Shown: in pieces, positions 48,182-57,738 of the stretch
Position numbering within the stretch: the stretch's first letter is position 1
Layout: the number at the start of each line of letters is the position of its first letter
Origin: an uncultured candidate division Zixibacteria bacterium
Lineage (GTDB): Bacteria > Zixibacteria > MSB-5A5 > GN15 > FEB-12
Length of the DNA: 64,000 nt
NCBI GenBank assembly: GCA_963735035.1
Contig: CAVTJJ010000004.1
Location: 640,001-704,000 of the forward strand
Direction of reading: 5' to 3'
Notes under the pieces: generated by a model
The model's database searches: none
What the model was told of the DNA's origin: nothing
What the model saw: only the letters and a program-made list of their open reading frames with translations
Position numbers and translations under genes: made by a program

Positions 48182-49366
48182 ATGAGTAACGAGAGTCCAT
48201 TTCTGATATTTAAGATCGAGTGCCCCGTCTGTAAGACGATCAACGAGTATGAACAGATCAAGGTGGGCGCCTATGTCGAAGGCGGCCGCGACACCGATTT
48301 CTGTCCTCAGGAGATTCAGTGGCGCTTTCCGAAATATCAGGCCTACAATCCGCTGGTCTTCTTCACGGCTACCTGCGGCAACTGTTTCTACACCCGGGAA
48401 TTTACGCCCAAATATCGTGAATGGAAAACTGACAACGCCTTCCGCACTTTCCAGCTAAAGACCATCAAAGCCAAACATCTCGAGCAGTTGTCAGTGGCCG
48501 ACTCGATCGTCCGGCGCTTTGGCGAGGCTGTGGACACGTCTCGCTATCCTAACGAATCGGCGATCTTGAAACTTCACCTGGCTATCTTCGACGGTTTGTT
48601 GAGCGATCATCCGAGCTATCTCGATCTGGGCCGATTCTACCTTCGGATCGCCTGGGTGTTTCGCACGATGAATGTCGGAACGGATCCCAATCTGGACGCT
48701 CTGACCGGATTGATCAAAGATATCGAGAATAAGACGGCTCTGGCCGACAGCGTAGCATTCGATCTGCAGGAAGCATACGATCAAGTGGCCGGAGCGGTCC
48801 GCGCCCAATACAGCGTACAGAATCTTTCGGCTGATCTGCAGTCGCAAATGCTGGGCTATCACGATCGCTGGACTACCCAAATTGAAGAGATCAGCGCGCT
48901 TCTCGATAAGATCAAGGAGAGCCACACCGGCCTCCGTGACCTTCTGCACGAGTATCGCGAGACGGTTCTGGGAAGCGCGAGCGGGGCGGGGCAGCCGGCC
49001 TTTCGCGAATTTGCGTCACTGTCTGAGTTCCTGCTTCGCCATCAACCGGGCTGGAACGGTATCGTAGTCAACGAACGCGAAGCGCTGGAGCAGGCGATCA
49101 AGAACTACAAGGAAGCTTTCGAAGGAGCTCGCGATATCGCCGCCGGAAACCAGCAAATTCAGGCTGCCTATTTGATCGCGGAGTTGTCGCGCCGAATCGG
49201 CGACTACGACGGCGCCCGTCAGTACTTCACGAGCACGATCAAAGCGGGCCAGGAATTTATCTATCAAAATCGCCAGGATGCTTCGCGGACGCAATTAGCC
49301 CGCAAGATCCTCGAGCTGGCCATCGAACAGGGACGTGTAAACTTGAAGGCCTCCAAGGCTGAGTAG
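48182..49366 (+). CDS. DUF2225-family protein (Zn-ribbon plus TPR-like) with central helical insertion
   Basis: IECPVC, DTDFCP, YNPL...CGNC.Y, YLRIAW.FR, YLIAELSRRIGDY..A..YF. Confidence 0.78.
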   Translation: MSNESPFLIFKIECPVCKTINEYEQIKVGAYVEGGRDTDFCPQEIQWRFPKYQAYNPLVFFTATCGNCFYTREFTPKYREWKTDNAFRTFQLKTIKAKHLEQLSVADSIVRRFGEAVDTSRYPNESAILKLHLAIFDGLLSDHPSYLDLGRFYLRIAWVFRTMNVGTDPNLDALTGLIKDIENKTALADSVAFDLQEAYDQVAGAVRAQYSVQNLSADLQSQMLGYHDRWTTQIEEISALLDKIKESHTGLRDLLHEYRETVLGSASGAGQPAFREFASLSEFLLRHQPGWNGIVVNEREALEQAIKNYKEAFEGARDIAAGNQQIQAAYLIAELSRRIGDYDGARQYFTSTIKAGQEFIYQNRQDASRTQLARKILELAIEQGRVNLKASKAE

Positions 49367-49385
49367 CGGAAGAGGAAGCAGGCTA

Positions 49386-50135
49386 GTGCAAGCCGTTAAG
49401 AACAATACTCCCACCGAACTCCGTATCTGGGAGAAGCTCCTGATTATCGCGGGCGAAGGCCGCGACGCCGGCATGTATGAAGCCCGCGTGGAGGATATCA
49501 TCAACGGCGGGATCATCGTGTCCAACCCGGAATTCATCTCCGGGCACACCCTCTTACGCAATGATCTCGGGGCGGTGGTTCAGTTCACCCGCGACGATGC
49601 CGCCTATCAGTTCAGTTCTCGCGTCCGCATGCAGGAAGACGGCAACCTGCGTCGGGTGATACTTACTCCCCCCAAGAGTTTTCAGCGGGTGCAGCGCCGG
49701 ATGTTCGCCCGGGTGGCGATTCCTCTCCACGTATTCTATACCAAGCCTCCCACCGACGGCAACTGGAAGGAGTGGGAGAAGTCGGCAGTCTGGCTCGACA
49801 CCTACGCGGCAGATGTATCCGCCGGCGGTATCCAACTGAAAATGCCTGAGACAATACCAGGCGGATCGGTGCTCTTGCTTCGAGTGTGCGATCTGATTTC
49901 GCCCGAGCAGGCTTCCGATATGGTGGGACTGTGTCGACGCTCATATATACTGGACGGCCAGGCTTATGCCGGTTTGGAATTCGTCACCTCAGGTGATATC
50001 GACCAAGCCCTGGGCAAGCTCGGCCCGGCGCGGCTGCCCGATAAGTACAAGCACTTCGATCGCCGGGCGCAGGATCGCCTGGCCAGCCTGCTCTTCCACA
50101 AGCAAATTGAATTGCGTCAAAAAGGACTGATCTGA
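49386..50135 (+). CDS. flagellar brake-like protein (YcgR-type N domain plus PilZ)
   Basis: QRRMFAR (RxxxR), DVSAGG (DxSxxG), ends LFHKQIELRQKGLI. Confidence 0.85.
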   Translation: MQAVKNNTPTELRIWEKLLIIAGEGRDAGMYEARVEDIINGGIIVSNPEFISGHTLLRNDLGAVVQFTRDDAAYQFSSRVRMQEDGNLRRVILTPPKSFQRVQRRMFARVAIPLHVFYTKPPTDGNWKEWEKSAVWLDTYAADVSAGGIQLKMPETIPGGSVLLLRVCDLISPEQASDMVGLCRRSYILDGQAYAGLEFVTSGDIDQALGKLGPARLPDKYKHFDRRAQDRLASLLFHKQIELRQKGLI

Positions 50136-50136
50136 C

Positions 50137-50925
50137 ATGTCCGAGGAACGGAATCTATCTGCCAAATACGACGTATGCGTCCAGGATTTGGATCTGTCGC
50201 AGATGGTAGGCTTTCAAGTTCGGTTGTTCTCGAAACAATTCCCGGCCAAAGATCTGTACGTCCGAATCGGTGCAGCGGTGGGACGCCGTCTGGTAGCCGA
50301 GAGTACGCAGCGCAATGACATTATCGATAATCTGGTTAACCATCAAACCGTGGTTCTACAGTTCCAGTATCGCGGTGAGGACATTTCGGTTCGGGCAAAG
50401 ATTCAAAAATCAAACGGCGGACGCTGTGCGTTCGATCTCGAAGACAAAGCCACGCCCCTGTCACAGCGGCGGTTTCTCCGCGTCAATTTGAAGCACAAAG
50501 TGAATCTGGCGCCGTTCCCATCATCGGGCGTGCTGGGACGCAAACTCGATAAACTTCGCTGGATGGAAACCGACCTGGTCAATTTCTCGGCCGGCGGCGC
50601 ACTCCTGACCGTCCCGACAATCCTCAACGACACCGTTAGATTGATCGTCAACGTTCAGGTGTCCGAATTCGAATTTCCCCAGCTTCTGCTGGCCAAAGTC
50701 TGCCACGGATATCAGTACGATGAATTCAACTGCCGTGCCGGCATTGAGTTCGTCACCCGGGAGCGGGCCGAGCGGATGCTTTCGCCGTTTCAAATGGCCG
50801 AGATGCCGCCGGTATTATTCAGTTATTCCGGCCAGCGCCGGGACGGTCTCAATCGGGACATCCAACAATTAGATGCAAAATTCAATCGTAGTGCCAATAC
50901 AGGAGTGGATCATGAAGACAGATAG
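50137..50925 (+). CDS. PilZ-domain protein
   Basis: QRRFLR and NFSAGG motifs; GIEF. Confidence 0.78.
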   Translation: MSEERNLSAKYDVCVQDLDLSQMVGFQVRLFSKQFPAKDLYVRIGAAVGRRLVAESTQRNDIIDNLVNHQTVVLQFQYRGEDISVRAKIQKSNGGRCAFDLEDKATPLSQRRFLRVNLKHKVNLAPFPSSGVLGRKLDKLRWMETDLVNFSAGGALLTVPTILNDTVRLIVNVQVSEFEFPQLLLAKVCHGYQYDEFNCRAGIEFVTRERAERMLSPFQMAEMPPVLFSYSGQRRDGLNRDIQQLDAKFNRSANTGVDHEDR

Positions 50926-51430
50926 GAAGACCAAGCACATCAAGGAAGTCACCACCGACAGCGTTACATACGCGGCTCGCAGACCCTTCAAAGTCTGCCA
51001 GGAAGAAAAACGTCGCTTCATCCGTCTGGAGATAGCCTCGCCGATGTCCCTCAAGCGGATCAAGGATCGGGAAGGACATTACTGGGCTGAGGGCGATTGG
51101 CAGATGATTCAGGGGTTGATCCTGAACATTTCCGCCGGCGGCGTCCTGGTCGATCTCGATCAGGCCATCGAAGAAGGCGACGTCGTATCAATGCATTTCA
51201 CCATGCAGGAAGTCGAAGGACTCGAAAATGTGCTGGGTCTGGTCAAGCGCGTGGACATCGACACCGACGGCTGTATGGCCGGTATCGAGTTCGTTTCCCG
51301 CGAACATCTGGCTGACCATTTTTCACAAGCTGAAATGGATCTCCTGGGAACCGAGTTCACTAACTTCGACGCTTCCGTGCGTCAGGTACTCAACCGGTAC
51401 GTCTACCAGGAATCCGGTTCGGAGGGATAA
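50912..51430 (+). CDS. single-domain PilZ protein
   Basis: AGGAG RBS; EKRRFIR and NISAGG motifs; GIEF. Confidence 0.83.
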   Translation: MKTDRKTKHIKEVTTDSVTYAARRPFKVCQEEKRRFIRLEIASPMSLKRIKDREGHYWAEGDWQMIQGLILNISAGGVLVDLDQAIEEGDVVSMHFTMQEVEGLENVLGLVKRVDIDTDGCMAGIEFVSREHLADHFSQAEMDLLGTEFTNFDASVRQVLNRYVYQESGSEG

Positions 51431-51432
51431 CC

Positions 51433-52035
51433 ATGCTGCGTGCAGCCATAATTATACTGACATTGGCGGTTGGTGTGTCTTCAGTACTGGCGGGAACGCC
51501 TCGACCGCTGGTCCTACAAGTCGATCAGGTCCCGCTCGCCTGGGGTGGCGGCGGCCTGGCCGAGAAGCTGACCGTCTCGCTCACCCGTGATCCCGAACTA
51601 AGGGTGATAGTGCCAAAGGCTCAGGCGGGGTCGTTCCGGGCCTTTCCGGCCGATCGCACTAATCTGGACAGTCTCATGGTCTGGGGAATCGAGATCGGCG
51701 GACGTTTTTTGCTGACCATCAATATTGTGCGTGAAGATATCGAATCCCGCAAGACCTTCAGCGTGCCGTTGTTATTCCACCGTTGGGAGACATTAGCGGT
51801 CATATCCGGAGAAATTCGACTCATAGACTTGCAGAAGCGGCGAGTAATGCTGGCCGAACCGTTCGAGGAAAAGATGTCGGCGGCGCGTCAGTTCCAAAGT
51901 TCCGCGGATGACAATTCCCACGATCCGGACCTCCACGTGAGCGCTTCGGAAAAGCAGATATTGTTCGATTCGCTGGAGAGTCGACTGACCGAGCGGCTGA
52001 TCAAACGAATTGGCCGACTCACCCGAGGATACTGA
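51433..52035 (+). CDS. hypothetical exported protein
   Basis: Signal peptide (VLA-G); 200 aa alpha/beta; GGAGG RBS. Confidence 0.6.
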   Translation: MLRAAIIILTLAVGVSSVLAGTPRPLVLQVDQVPLAWGGGGLAEKLTVSLTRDPELRVIVPKAQAGSFRAFPADRTNLDSLMVWGIEIGGRFLLTINIVREDIESRKTFSVPLLFHRWETLAVISGEIRLIDLQKRRVMLAEPFEEKMSAARQFQSSADDNSHDPDLHVSASEKQILFDSLESRLTERLIKRIGRLTRGY

Positions 52036-52036
52036 A

Positions 52037-52900
52037 TTGGGTCATATCGACGGATACATGCAGCAGCCGGAAGCGCCGGTAACCAGGGTCTGGCAGAAGA
52101 TCAGCCTGATTGCTGAGATTTCCGCTACCTGTCGTCGCCTGTCACCGGATGCACCCTCGTTTGTCGAGGTGCTTCGGTTGATTCAAGCCATCGTTCCATT
52201 CGATGCGGCCACGCTCTATACCCGCGACTCATCCCATGACCGCTATGTGCCGAGAGCCACGCTCGAACAGGAAGTCCCCACCCCCGACTTGCTTATTCGT
52301 CGGGATCCCTCGGACCCGGCTCGCTGGCAGCCGCGGACCCGTCAGCCGCTGGTCTGGTCGATAGGTGAAGAAAGCAAGAAGTTCGAGGCCGAAGGTCCGT
52401 TTGCTTCGGTGATGGTCATGCCGCTCGTGGTAGACGATGTCGTGATCGGAATTTTGAACCTGGGTTCGAGCACTCCCGGAGTGTTAACGCAGCGTCACCT
52501 CAAGTTGATGTCGGTGGTGGCCGATCAGTTGGCGATCTGTCTGGAACGCCAGGAACACGTGGCCAGAATCGAAATCCAGAACCGGGAACTCCAGCAAGCC
52601 CACGATCAATTACGCGATTCACAACAGTACCTGATTGCCCAGGAAAAACTGGCGGTCGTCGCTGAAGTGGCTGGCACCCTGAACCACCAGATCAATAATC
52701 CGCTCTCGGTGATCGTCGGTAACATCGATTGTCTATTAATAGAGGAACCCGAATTGAAGGCCAAGACTCAGGAGCGACTTCGGCGTATCACCGAGGCTGC
52801 CCTCAGGATCGGCCAGGTCAACCGCCAATTGCTGAATATCCAGTCGATCGCCAACGACCCCGATCTCAAAGCGGCCCTAAACACTGTCGGCGCCGATTAG
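52037..52900 (+). CDS. GAF plus HisKA protein lacking an HATPase domain
   Basis: GAF (SVMVMPLVVDDVVIGILNL), coiled coil, EKLA...GTLNHQINNPLSVI H-box; stop follows the second DHp helix. Start uncertain (52037 TTG or 52058 ATG). Confidence 0.8.
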   Translation: MGHIDGYMQQPEAPVTRVWQKISLIAEISATCRRLSPDAPSFVEVLRLIQAIVPFDAATLYTRDSSHDRYVPRATLEQEVPTPDLLIRRDPSDPARWQPRTRQPLVWSIGEESKKFEAEGPFASVMVMPLVVDDVVIGILNLGSSTPGVLTQRHLKLMSVVADQLAICLERQEHVARIEIQNRELQQAHDQLRDSQQYLIAQEKLAVVAEVAGTLNHQINNPLSVIVGNIDCLLIEEPELKAKTQERLRRITEAALRIGQVNRQLLNIQSIANDPDLKAALNTVGAD

Positions 52901-52921
52901 GCTACCGTTTCAGACCGAAGG

Positions 52922-53314
52922 ATGGTATTCGTGGAAAAGATTGTTACTCGTACCGAGCAGAACGAAAGGGCCGATGCTCTCGAATTGCTGGGCACAATCG
53001 ACGCAATGGGCGAGCAGACCAAGGATTTGGCCCTGAATCTGGCCCTCTATCTGGCCAAGGTCAAAGCCAAGAAATCGTCCGAAAAGCTCCGCAAGATGGA
53101 GCCGGAGTTCATCCGCCTTGTCAATGGCACGGTCAAAGTGGTCCAGGAGCTGACGGTTATCCTGAAAGCGGCGCGACACGAAGAAAAAATGATCTACGAG
53201 CCGCCCTCAGGAGACGAGGTCAACGACCGCCTGATGGGCAAGCTTGAATCGATTGCCGAGCAATGCACCCAGATACTTGACTCACTCCACGAAAGCCGGG
53301 ATTTGCTGGCATGA
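52922..53314 (+). CDS. small helical protein with an MCP-signalling-tip-like motif
   Basis: IDAMGEQTKDLALNLALYLAK resembles MCP I..IAEQTNLLALNAAIEAAR. Confidence 0.6.
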   Translation: MVFVEKIVTRTEQNERADALELLGTIDAMGEQTKDLALNLALYLAKVKAKKSSEKLRKMEPEFIRLVNGTVKVVQELTVILKAARHEEKMIYEPPSGDEVNDRLMGKLESIAEQCTQILDSLHESRDLLA

Positions 53315-53456
53315 AAAAGCCGATTGTGGGCCTGAATTGACGAAGCGGACGGCTGAAGAAAAGTGTCAAAATGGTCGATAATCGAGATGTTGACATAGAG
53401 TTGGCCGACCAGGGCGACAATGCCTTGGACAAGGCTGTTAACGGAAGCTGGAACGC

Positions 53457-53879
53457 GTGAAAATGACAAATACCAGTCTCGCGGATCTGACCGAACTGGC
53501 GCGGAAACGCGGCCAGCCGTTCCGAATCCTGATCGTCGACGACGAGCAGTGGATTCGTGACGTGTTTCGCGATTTCTGCAGCCTGACCGACGCCTTTCAA
53601 GTCGAGCTGGCTATGGACGGCGCCGATGCGATAGCCAAGGTGAAGTGCCACGAATACGACATGGTAACCATGGACTTGATCATGCCGGAAATGTCGGGTC
53701 TCGAAGCCCTGGCGGAAATTAAGAAAGCTTCGCCGCGAGTGCCGATCATGGTTATCACCGGAAATGCCACCGACAAACTGGTCCAGCAGGCGGGTGTGCT
53801 GGGAGCCTGTCGCGTGATGTACAAGCCGATACAACTGGGCGACTTTCTCGCGGAGTTGTCTTCGGCCCTGATGCGATAA
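53457..53879 (+). CDS. single-domain response regulator
   Basis: ILIVDDE, MDLIMPEMSG, VITG, YKP. Confidence 0.92.
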   Translation: MKMTNTSLADLTELARKRGQPFRILIVDDEQWIRDVFRDFCSLTDAFQVELAMDGADAIAKVKCHEYDMVTMDLIMPEMSGLEALAEIKKASPRVPIMVITGNATDKLVQQAGVLGACRVMYKPIQLGDFLAELSSALMR

Positions 53880-53943
53880 ATCCCGCGAGCCGGAATCTAA
53901 AACAGACAACCTTTGGGCGCCCGGCGCAGAGAGCTATTCTATA

Positions 53944-54351
53944 GTGAAGCAAGAAATAACCATACTGGTCGTCGATGACGAACCAATGATGCAGACCCTG
54001 TTGGAGAGAATTCTGACAAAGGACGGCTATCGCGTTACCGTCGCGAGCAACGGCGAGCAGGCCATTGAGGTCTTGAAGCGTGAGCCGATTTCCATTGTCA
54101 TTTCCGATCTCCAGATGCCGGTCATGACCGGGCTCGATCTCTTGAAGGTCATTAAGAAAGACTATCCTCGGATCGGCGTAATCATCATGACGGCGTACGG
54201 AGATACTTACACCGTCAAGGACGCCCTCCTGCTAGGTGCGGATGAATACATCACGAAGCCGTTCAAAAGCTTCGAAATATCCCTGGTCGTAGAGCGCGCC
54301 TACTGGCGACAGTTGGCGCACGAGCAGAGACTCCCTATCGAAACGGATTGA
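53944..54351 (+). CDS. single-domain response regulator
   Basis: ILVVDDE, SDLQMPVMTG, MTAYG, YITKPF. Confidence 0.92.
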   Translation: MKQEITILVVDDEPMMQTLLERILTKDGYRVTVASNGEQAIEVLKREPISIVISDLQMPVMTGLDLLKVIKKDYPRIGVIIMTAYGDTYTVKDALLLGADEYITKPFKSFEISLVVERAYWRQLAHEQRLPIETD

Positions 54352-54359
54352 GACAACCT

Positions 54360-55766
54360 ATGGCGCTAGAAACCACCACCAAGAAAACCCGCGTGGCGGT
54401 AACCGTCAGCAAAGATTCCATGACGGCATCAATTCTGATGCGTGCGCCTTTGGAGGTCGACGGCCCGATTACTTTCGAAGAAGTCATGGAAAGCCTTCAG
54501 GCTGCCGAAGTCGTCTTTGGCATCGACCAGGCGGCAATTCAGAAGGCGCTTGAGAGCAAGTCGTACAATACCCCCGTGCGGGTCGCCCTTGGCAGAGTGC
54601 CGGAGCGGGGCGCCCACAGCAGCTTCAACTACAATTTCGACACCAGCACCCAACACAAGCCGAAAGAGGGTTCCGACGGCCATATCGATTACAAAGACAT
54701 CAATTTCATTCAGAATACCGAGAAGGGATCTGTTCTGGCCACCAAGACGCCGCATACGATAGGCATCCCCGGTATTAATGTTCGAGGGAAAGAAATCAAG
54801 GGACCGGATGGACGCGACATCCCGTTCAACAGTGGCGTCAATACCCAGGTATCGGCTGACGGGCTCTCGCTTATCGCCACCGCGTCTGGTGTGATTCAGT
54901 ACCAGCACGGCAAGGTCTCGGTGATGGATGTCATGTCGCTCAACAGCGATATCGATCATACTGTGGGCAACATCGATTGTCGCGGCTCCTTGCGGGTGAG
55001 CGGCGGTATTAAGGCCGGTTACAAAGTCGTGGTTGACGGCGACCTTGAGGTCGGTGGCAATGTCGAAGACGCTGAGATTCACGTCAAAGGCAATGTCATG
55101 ATCAAAGGCGGTTTCTTCGGCGAGGGCACCGGGCTGCTCGTGGCCGGGGGAGACGTCGTGCTCAAGTTCGCCGAAGGTCAGCGCATTACCGCCGGGAACG
55201 AAGTTCAAGTCGGCGGCGAGATTGTCAATTGCCGGGTCGAAGCGGGCGAGCGGGTGGTGGTCAAGGGAAGCCGGGGCAAGATTATCGGTGGCACGGTCCG
55301 CGCCCGTCGTGAAATCCGCGCCGCCGTATTCGGCTCCGAAGCCGGCACGGCGACCGAACTCCAGGTGGCCTATGATCCTGAGTTAATTGCCCGGTATCAC
55401 GGGGTCGTCAAGGAGATCCAGCGGATCCACGACGACGAAAACCGGGTGAAAGAAGCCCTCTACACGCTCTATCGCCTGCAGATGGAAAACAAGCTGCCGC
55501 CGGCCAAACAGGCGGCGCTCGAAAAGCTTGAGCAGTTCCAGAAAGAAAGCCCGGAGAACCTGGAGAATCTGGCCCGTCAGAAGGCGGAGATCGAGGCGGC
55601 CCTTCAGAAACACCAGGGGGCGGCGATCATCTGCGAAGACACCATGTACCCCGGAGTCAAGGCCTCGTTCGGAATCATCTACCGCGAGATCGTCCAGGAG
55701 CAGAAGCGGTGTAAGATGATGCTTGAGGCGGGGAAAGTACTGATTTCCGAGTACCGTCCTTCGTGA
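54360..55766 (+). CDS. fapA: FapA/DUF342 family flagellar assembly protein
   Basis: V.VSKDSMTA, DG.IDYK...IQN..KG..LA.K.P, D..VGNID, G.IIGG, MYPGV. Confidence 0.85.
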   Translation: MALETTTKKTRVAVTVSKDSMTASILMRAPLEVDGPITFEEVMESLQAAEVVFGIDQAAIQKALESKSYNTPVRVALGRVPERGAHSSFNYNFDTSTQHKPKEGSDGHIDYKDINFIQNTEKGSVLATKTPHTIGIPGINVRGKEIKGPDGRDIPFNSGVNTQVSADGLSLIATASGVIQYQHGKVSVMDVMSLNSDIDHTVGNIDCRGSLRVSGGIKAGYKVVVDGDLEVGGNVEDAEIHVKGNVMIKGGFFGEGTGLLVAGGDVVLKFAEGQRITAGNEVQVGGEIVNCRVEAGERVVVKGSRGKIIGGTVRARREIRAAVFGSEAGTATELQVAYDPELIARYHGVVKEIQRIHDDENRVKEALYTLYRLQMENKLPPAKQAALEKLEQFQKESPENLENLARQKAEIEAALQKHQGAAIICEDTMYPGVKASFGIIYREIVQEQKRCKMMLEAGKVLISEYRPS

Positions 55767-55902
55767 CCTGCCAGTCCGGGATTTCGAGCCGATTCCACTC
55801 GTAAATCCGACCCTATATCAATTCAGATTGAACCGACGCCAGAAAAGGCTTGCCCGGAGGGCTGGGTGTGTTATTTTTGGGGCTGTACGAGTCTCTTGAC
55901 GC

Positions 55903-55995
55903 GGAGAGGTGGCCGAGAGGCTGAAGGCGGCGGATTGCTAATCCGTTATAGGGGAATTACCTCTATCCAGGGTTCGAATCCCTGCCTCTCCGCCA
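55903..55995 (+). tRNA. tRNA-Ser (GCT)
   Basis: Acceptor GGAGAGG/CCTCTCC-G-CCA, anticodon stem GCGGA-TTGCTAA-TCCGT, long variable arm, GGTTCGAATCC T-loop. Confidence 0.96.
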
Positions 55996-56079
55996 GATAT
56001 GGGTGGGATGCACAAGTGACTGCCGCCGGTCGGGTTGACGGTTCAAATACGATTATTCGGAAAATGCATGCGGGATGTG

Positions 56080-56220
56080 GATGGGTGGCCCACCATTTAT
56101 GGTGGGAAGCGAGAATGATTGATGCGACGCTCTCATGTTACCATAATGCCGTCATGCGAGTCGAAACAATGAGGCGTCTGCTCAGAATCTCACCCCGCAG
56201 CAAGTGGTAGGGCACCCGGT
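56080..56220. mobile_element. double-hairpin REPIN/MITE-like element, copy 1 (degenerate)
   Basis: GGGTGGCCCACCATTTATGGTGGG ... GGGCACCCGG; interior similar to copy 2. Confidence 0.7.
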
Positions 56221-56318
56221 ACGAAAGTGAGGAACGAATGCATGCAACCGAGTTATTGCTGTTCGGAACTGTTGATTCTTTGAGTGCATCAGTCAGTTCT
56301 ACAGCGCAGGAGGCGCAG

Positions 56319-56747
56319 ATGAGTAATGTAGAGTACGGTACTATGACACTTCTGGTAGGGCTCCTACTTGCGATTGTCGGGTACTGGTTTGGGTTCTCGA
56401 GGTCTTTCAAGGAACACAAGCTCAAGGTGTACGGTGATATGCTGCCTATTATGGTAAGATTTCTATTCAGTGGTAGAGATGCAAAGGAGTTTAACAAGGA
56501 ACTAGTGCGGATGTGGGTTTATGCCGACAAAGCGGTGGCATATCAGATGGAGAAGGCAATTCGTGCAGCGCGTGTGCTTCATGGATCGTCAGTTAAAGAT
56601 CGTGACGCCCGGAAGTCGGAATTCTTGAGAGAGGTCCAGACGCTCATTGTTGCAATGAGATACGATGTGCAGCCCTGGTGGCGGTGTGGGGAGCGAACAT
56701 TGAGTCCGGAGCGCGTCACGCACTTTCAGTTTGAGGAGGAGACCTAA
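56319..56747 (+). CDS. hypothetical protein with N-terminal TM
   Basis: AGGAGG RBS before ATG 56319; TM LLVGLLLAIVGYWFGF; lower GC; lies between elements 1 and 2. Confidence 0.65.
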   Translation: MSNVEYGTMTLLVGLLLAIVGYWFGFSRSFKEHKLKVYGDMLPIMVRFLFSGRDAKEFNKELVRMWVYADKAVAYQMEKAIRAARVLHGSSVKDRDARKSEFLREVQTLIVAMRYDVQPWWRCGERTLSPERVTHFQFEEET

Positions 56748-56756
56748 AGCTATTGG

Positions 56757-56897
56757 GCCGGGTGGCCCACCATTTATGGTGGGGGGCGAGAATGATTGAT
56801 GCAACGTTTTCATATTACTATAATGCCGTCATGCGAGTCGAAACCGTGGGGCGTCTATTCAGAGACTCACCCCACCGCAAGCGGTGGGGCACGCGGC
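56757..56897. mobile_element. 141-bp double-hairpin REPIN/MITE-like element, copy 2
   Basis: GCCGGGTGG-CCCACCAT-TT-ATGGTGGG ... CCCACCGC-AA-GCGGTGGG-GCACGCGGC. Confidence 0.8.
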
Positions 56898-56988
56898 CCC
56901 CATACCTCAAATCAAGCCTCTTTCAACAGGCCCCAAATGATGGGGCACCGCGCTGCTGGACTTCAAAGAGAAAGGATCACAAGACAAT

Positions 56989-57688
56989 ATGCGAATCCTA
57001 AAAGAGAAGACAAAGACTGGCTTTCGGTTAATAACAGTATCAATGAGCGTCATCGGAGCTCTCGCGAGCCTTGTCGGTACACTTGCAATCTCCTGGTTCG
57101 GATTAGCGGGGTCAGGTCACATTCTGGTATCGACATATCCGTCCAATGCTCAAGTGTTCTTGGAGGACACGTTGAAGGGCAACTCTCCGTGCAAGATTGA
57201 CGTCGATGAAGGCTTTCATAAGGTGTCGGCAAGACTCCAAGGGTTCGAGACGTCGGAGGAAATAGTTGAAGTCAAAACCCGTGAGTCAGTTCCCGTCGAA
57301 TTTCGGTTGAATGCCGTTGGTATGGACAGTGAAGCGCTGCGTATGAGAAGTGAGCTTGATTCAATCAAGTCCGAAATCAGCAAGATGGGCACTCTTGCTA
57401 AGCAGACAGCTTTCGACCCGACCAATAGCCTTCTTAATTTGACCAAGGAAATGAGTGCTTTGAAGAATGATATAGGAGGGGCTAGAGCTGGCCTTTTCAA
57501 ATGACCCTGAAAAGGCCTTGTCAATACCCCTGATTCGAAAGGACTTACAGCAGTTGCAAGAAGACAATAAGCAAGTGAGAGCTGAGTTGTCCAGAGTTTA
57601 CGATCAGACGAAGTGGTTTATCGGCACTCTTATAGCTATGTCGTTATCACTAATTGGTATTGTCATTACTATCGCCATCAAGAAATAA
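56989..57688 (+). pseudogene. PEGA-domain membrane protein, split by a 1-nt frameshift in a G4 run
   Basis: TM plus PEGA (STYPSNAQVFLED..KG.SP..I.V..G.H.V.....G.E) and coiled coil. Removing one G at 57478-57481 continues LELAFSNDPEKALSIPLIRKD...KWFIGTLIAMSLSLIGIVITIAIKK* to 57688. Confidence 0.7.
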
Positions 57689-57738
57689 ACCTTAATCTGT
57701 CAGGGAACCATGAAACAGTAGCCTTGACTGTATATAGA

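Noticed and set aside
53354..53381. sigma28-like promoter TGAA-N16-GTCGATAA before the first receiver gene
   Set aside because: Mismatches in both boxes; plausible but too weak to list as a feature.
55903..55995. tRNA-Sec or recoding tRNA
   Set aside because: GCT anticodon, 7-bp acceptor stem and G discriminator fit an ordinary tRNA-Ser.
55866..56210. 114-aa ORF
   Set aside because: Overlaps tRNA-Ser and repeat copy 1.
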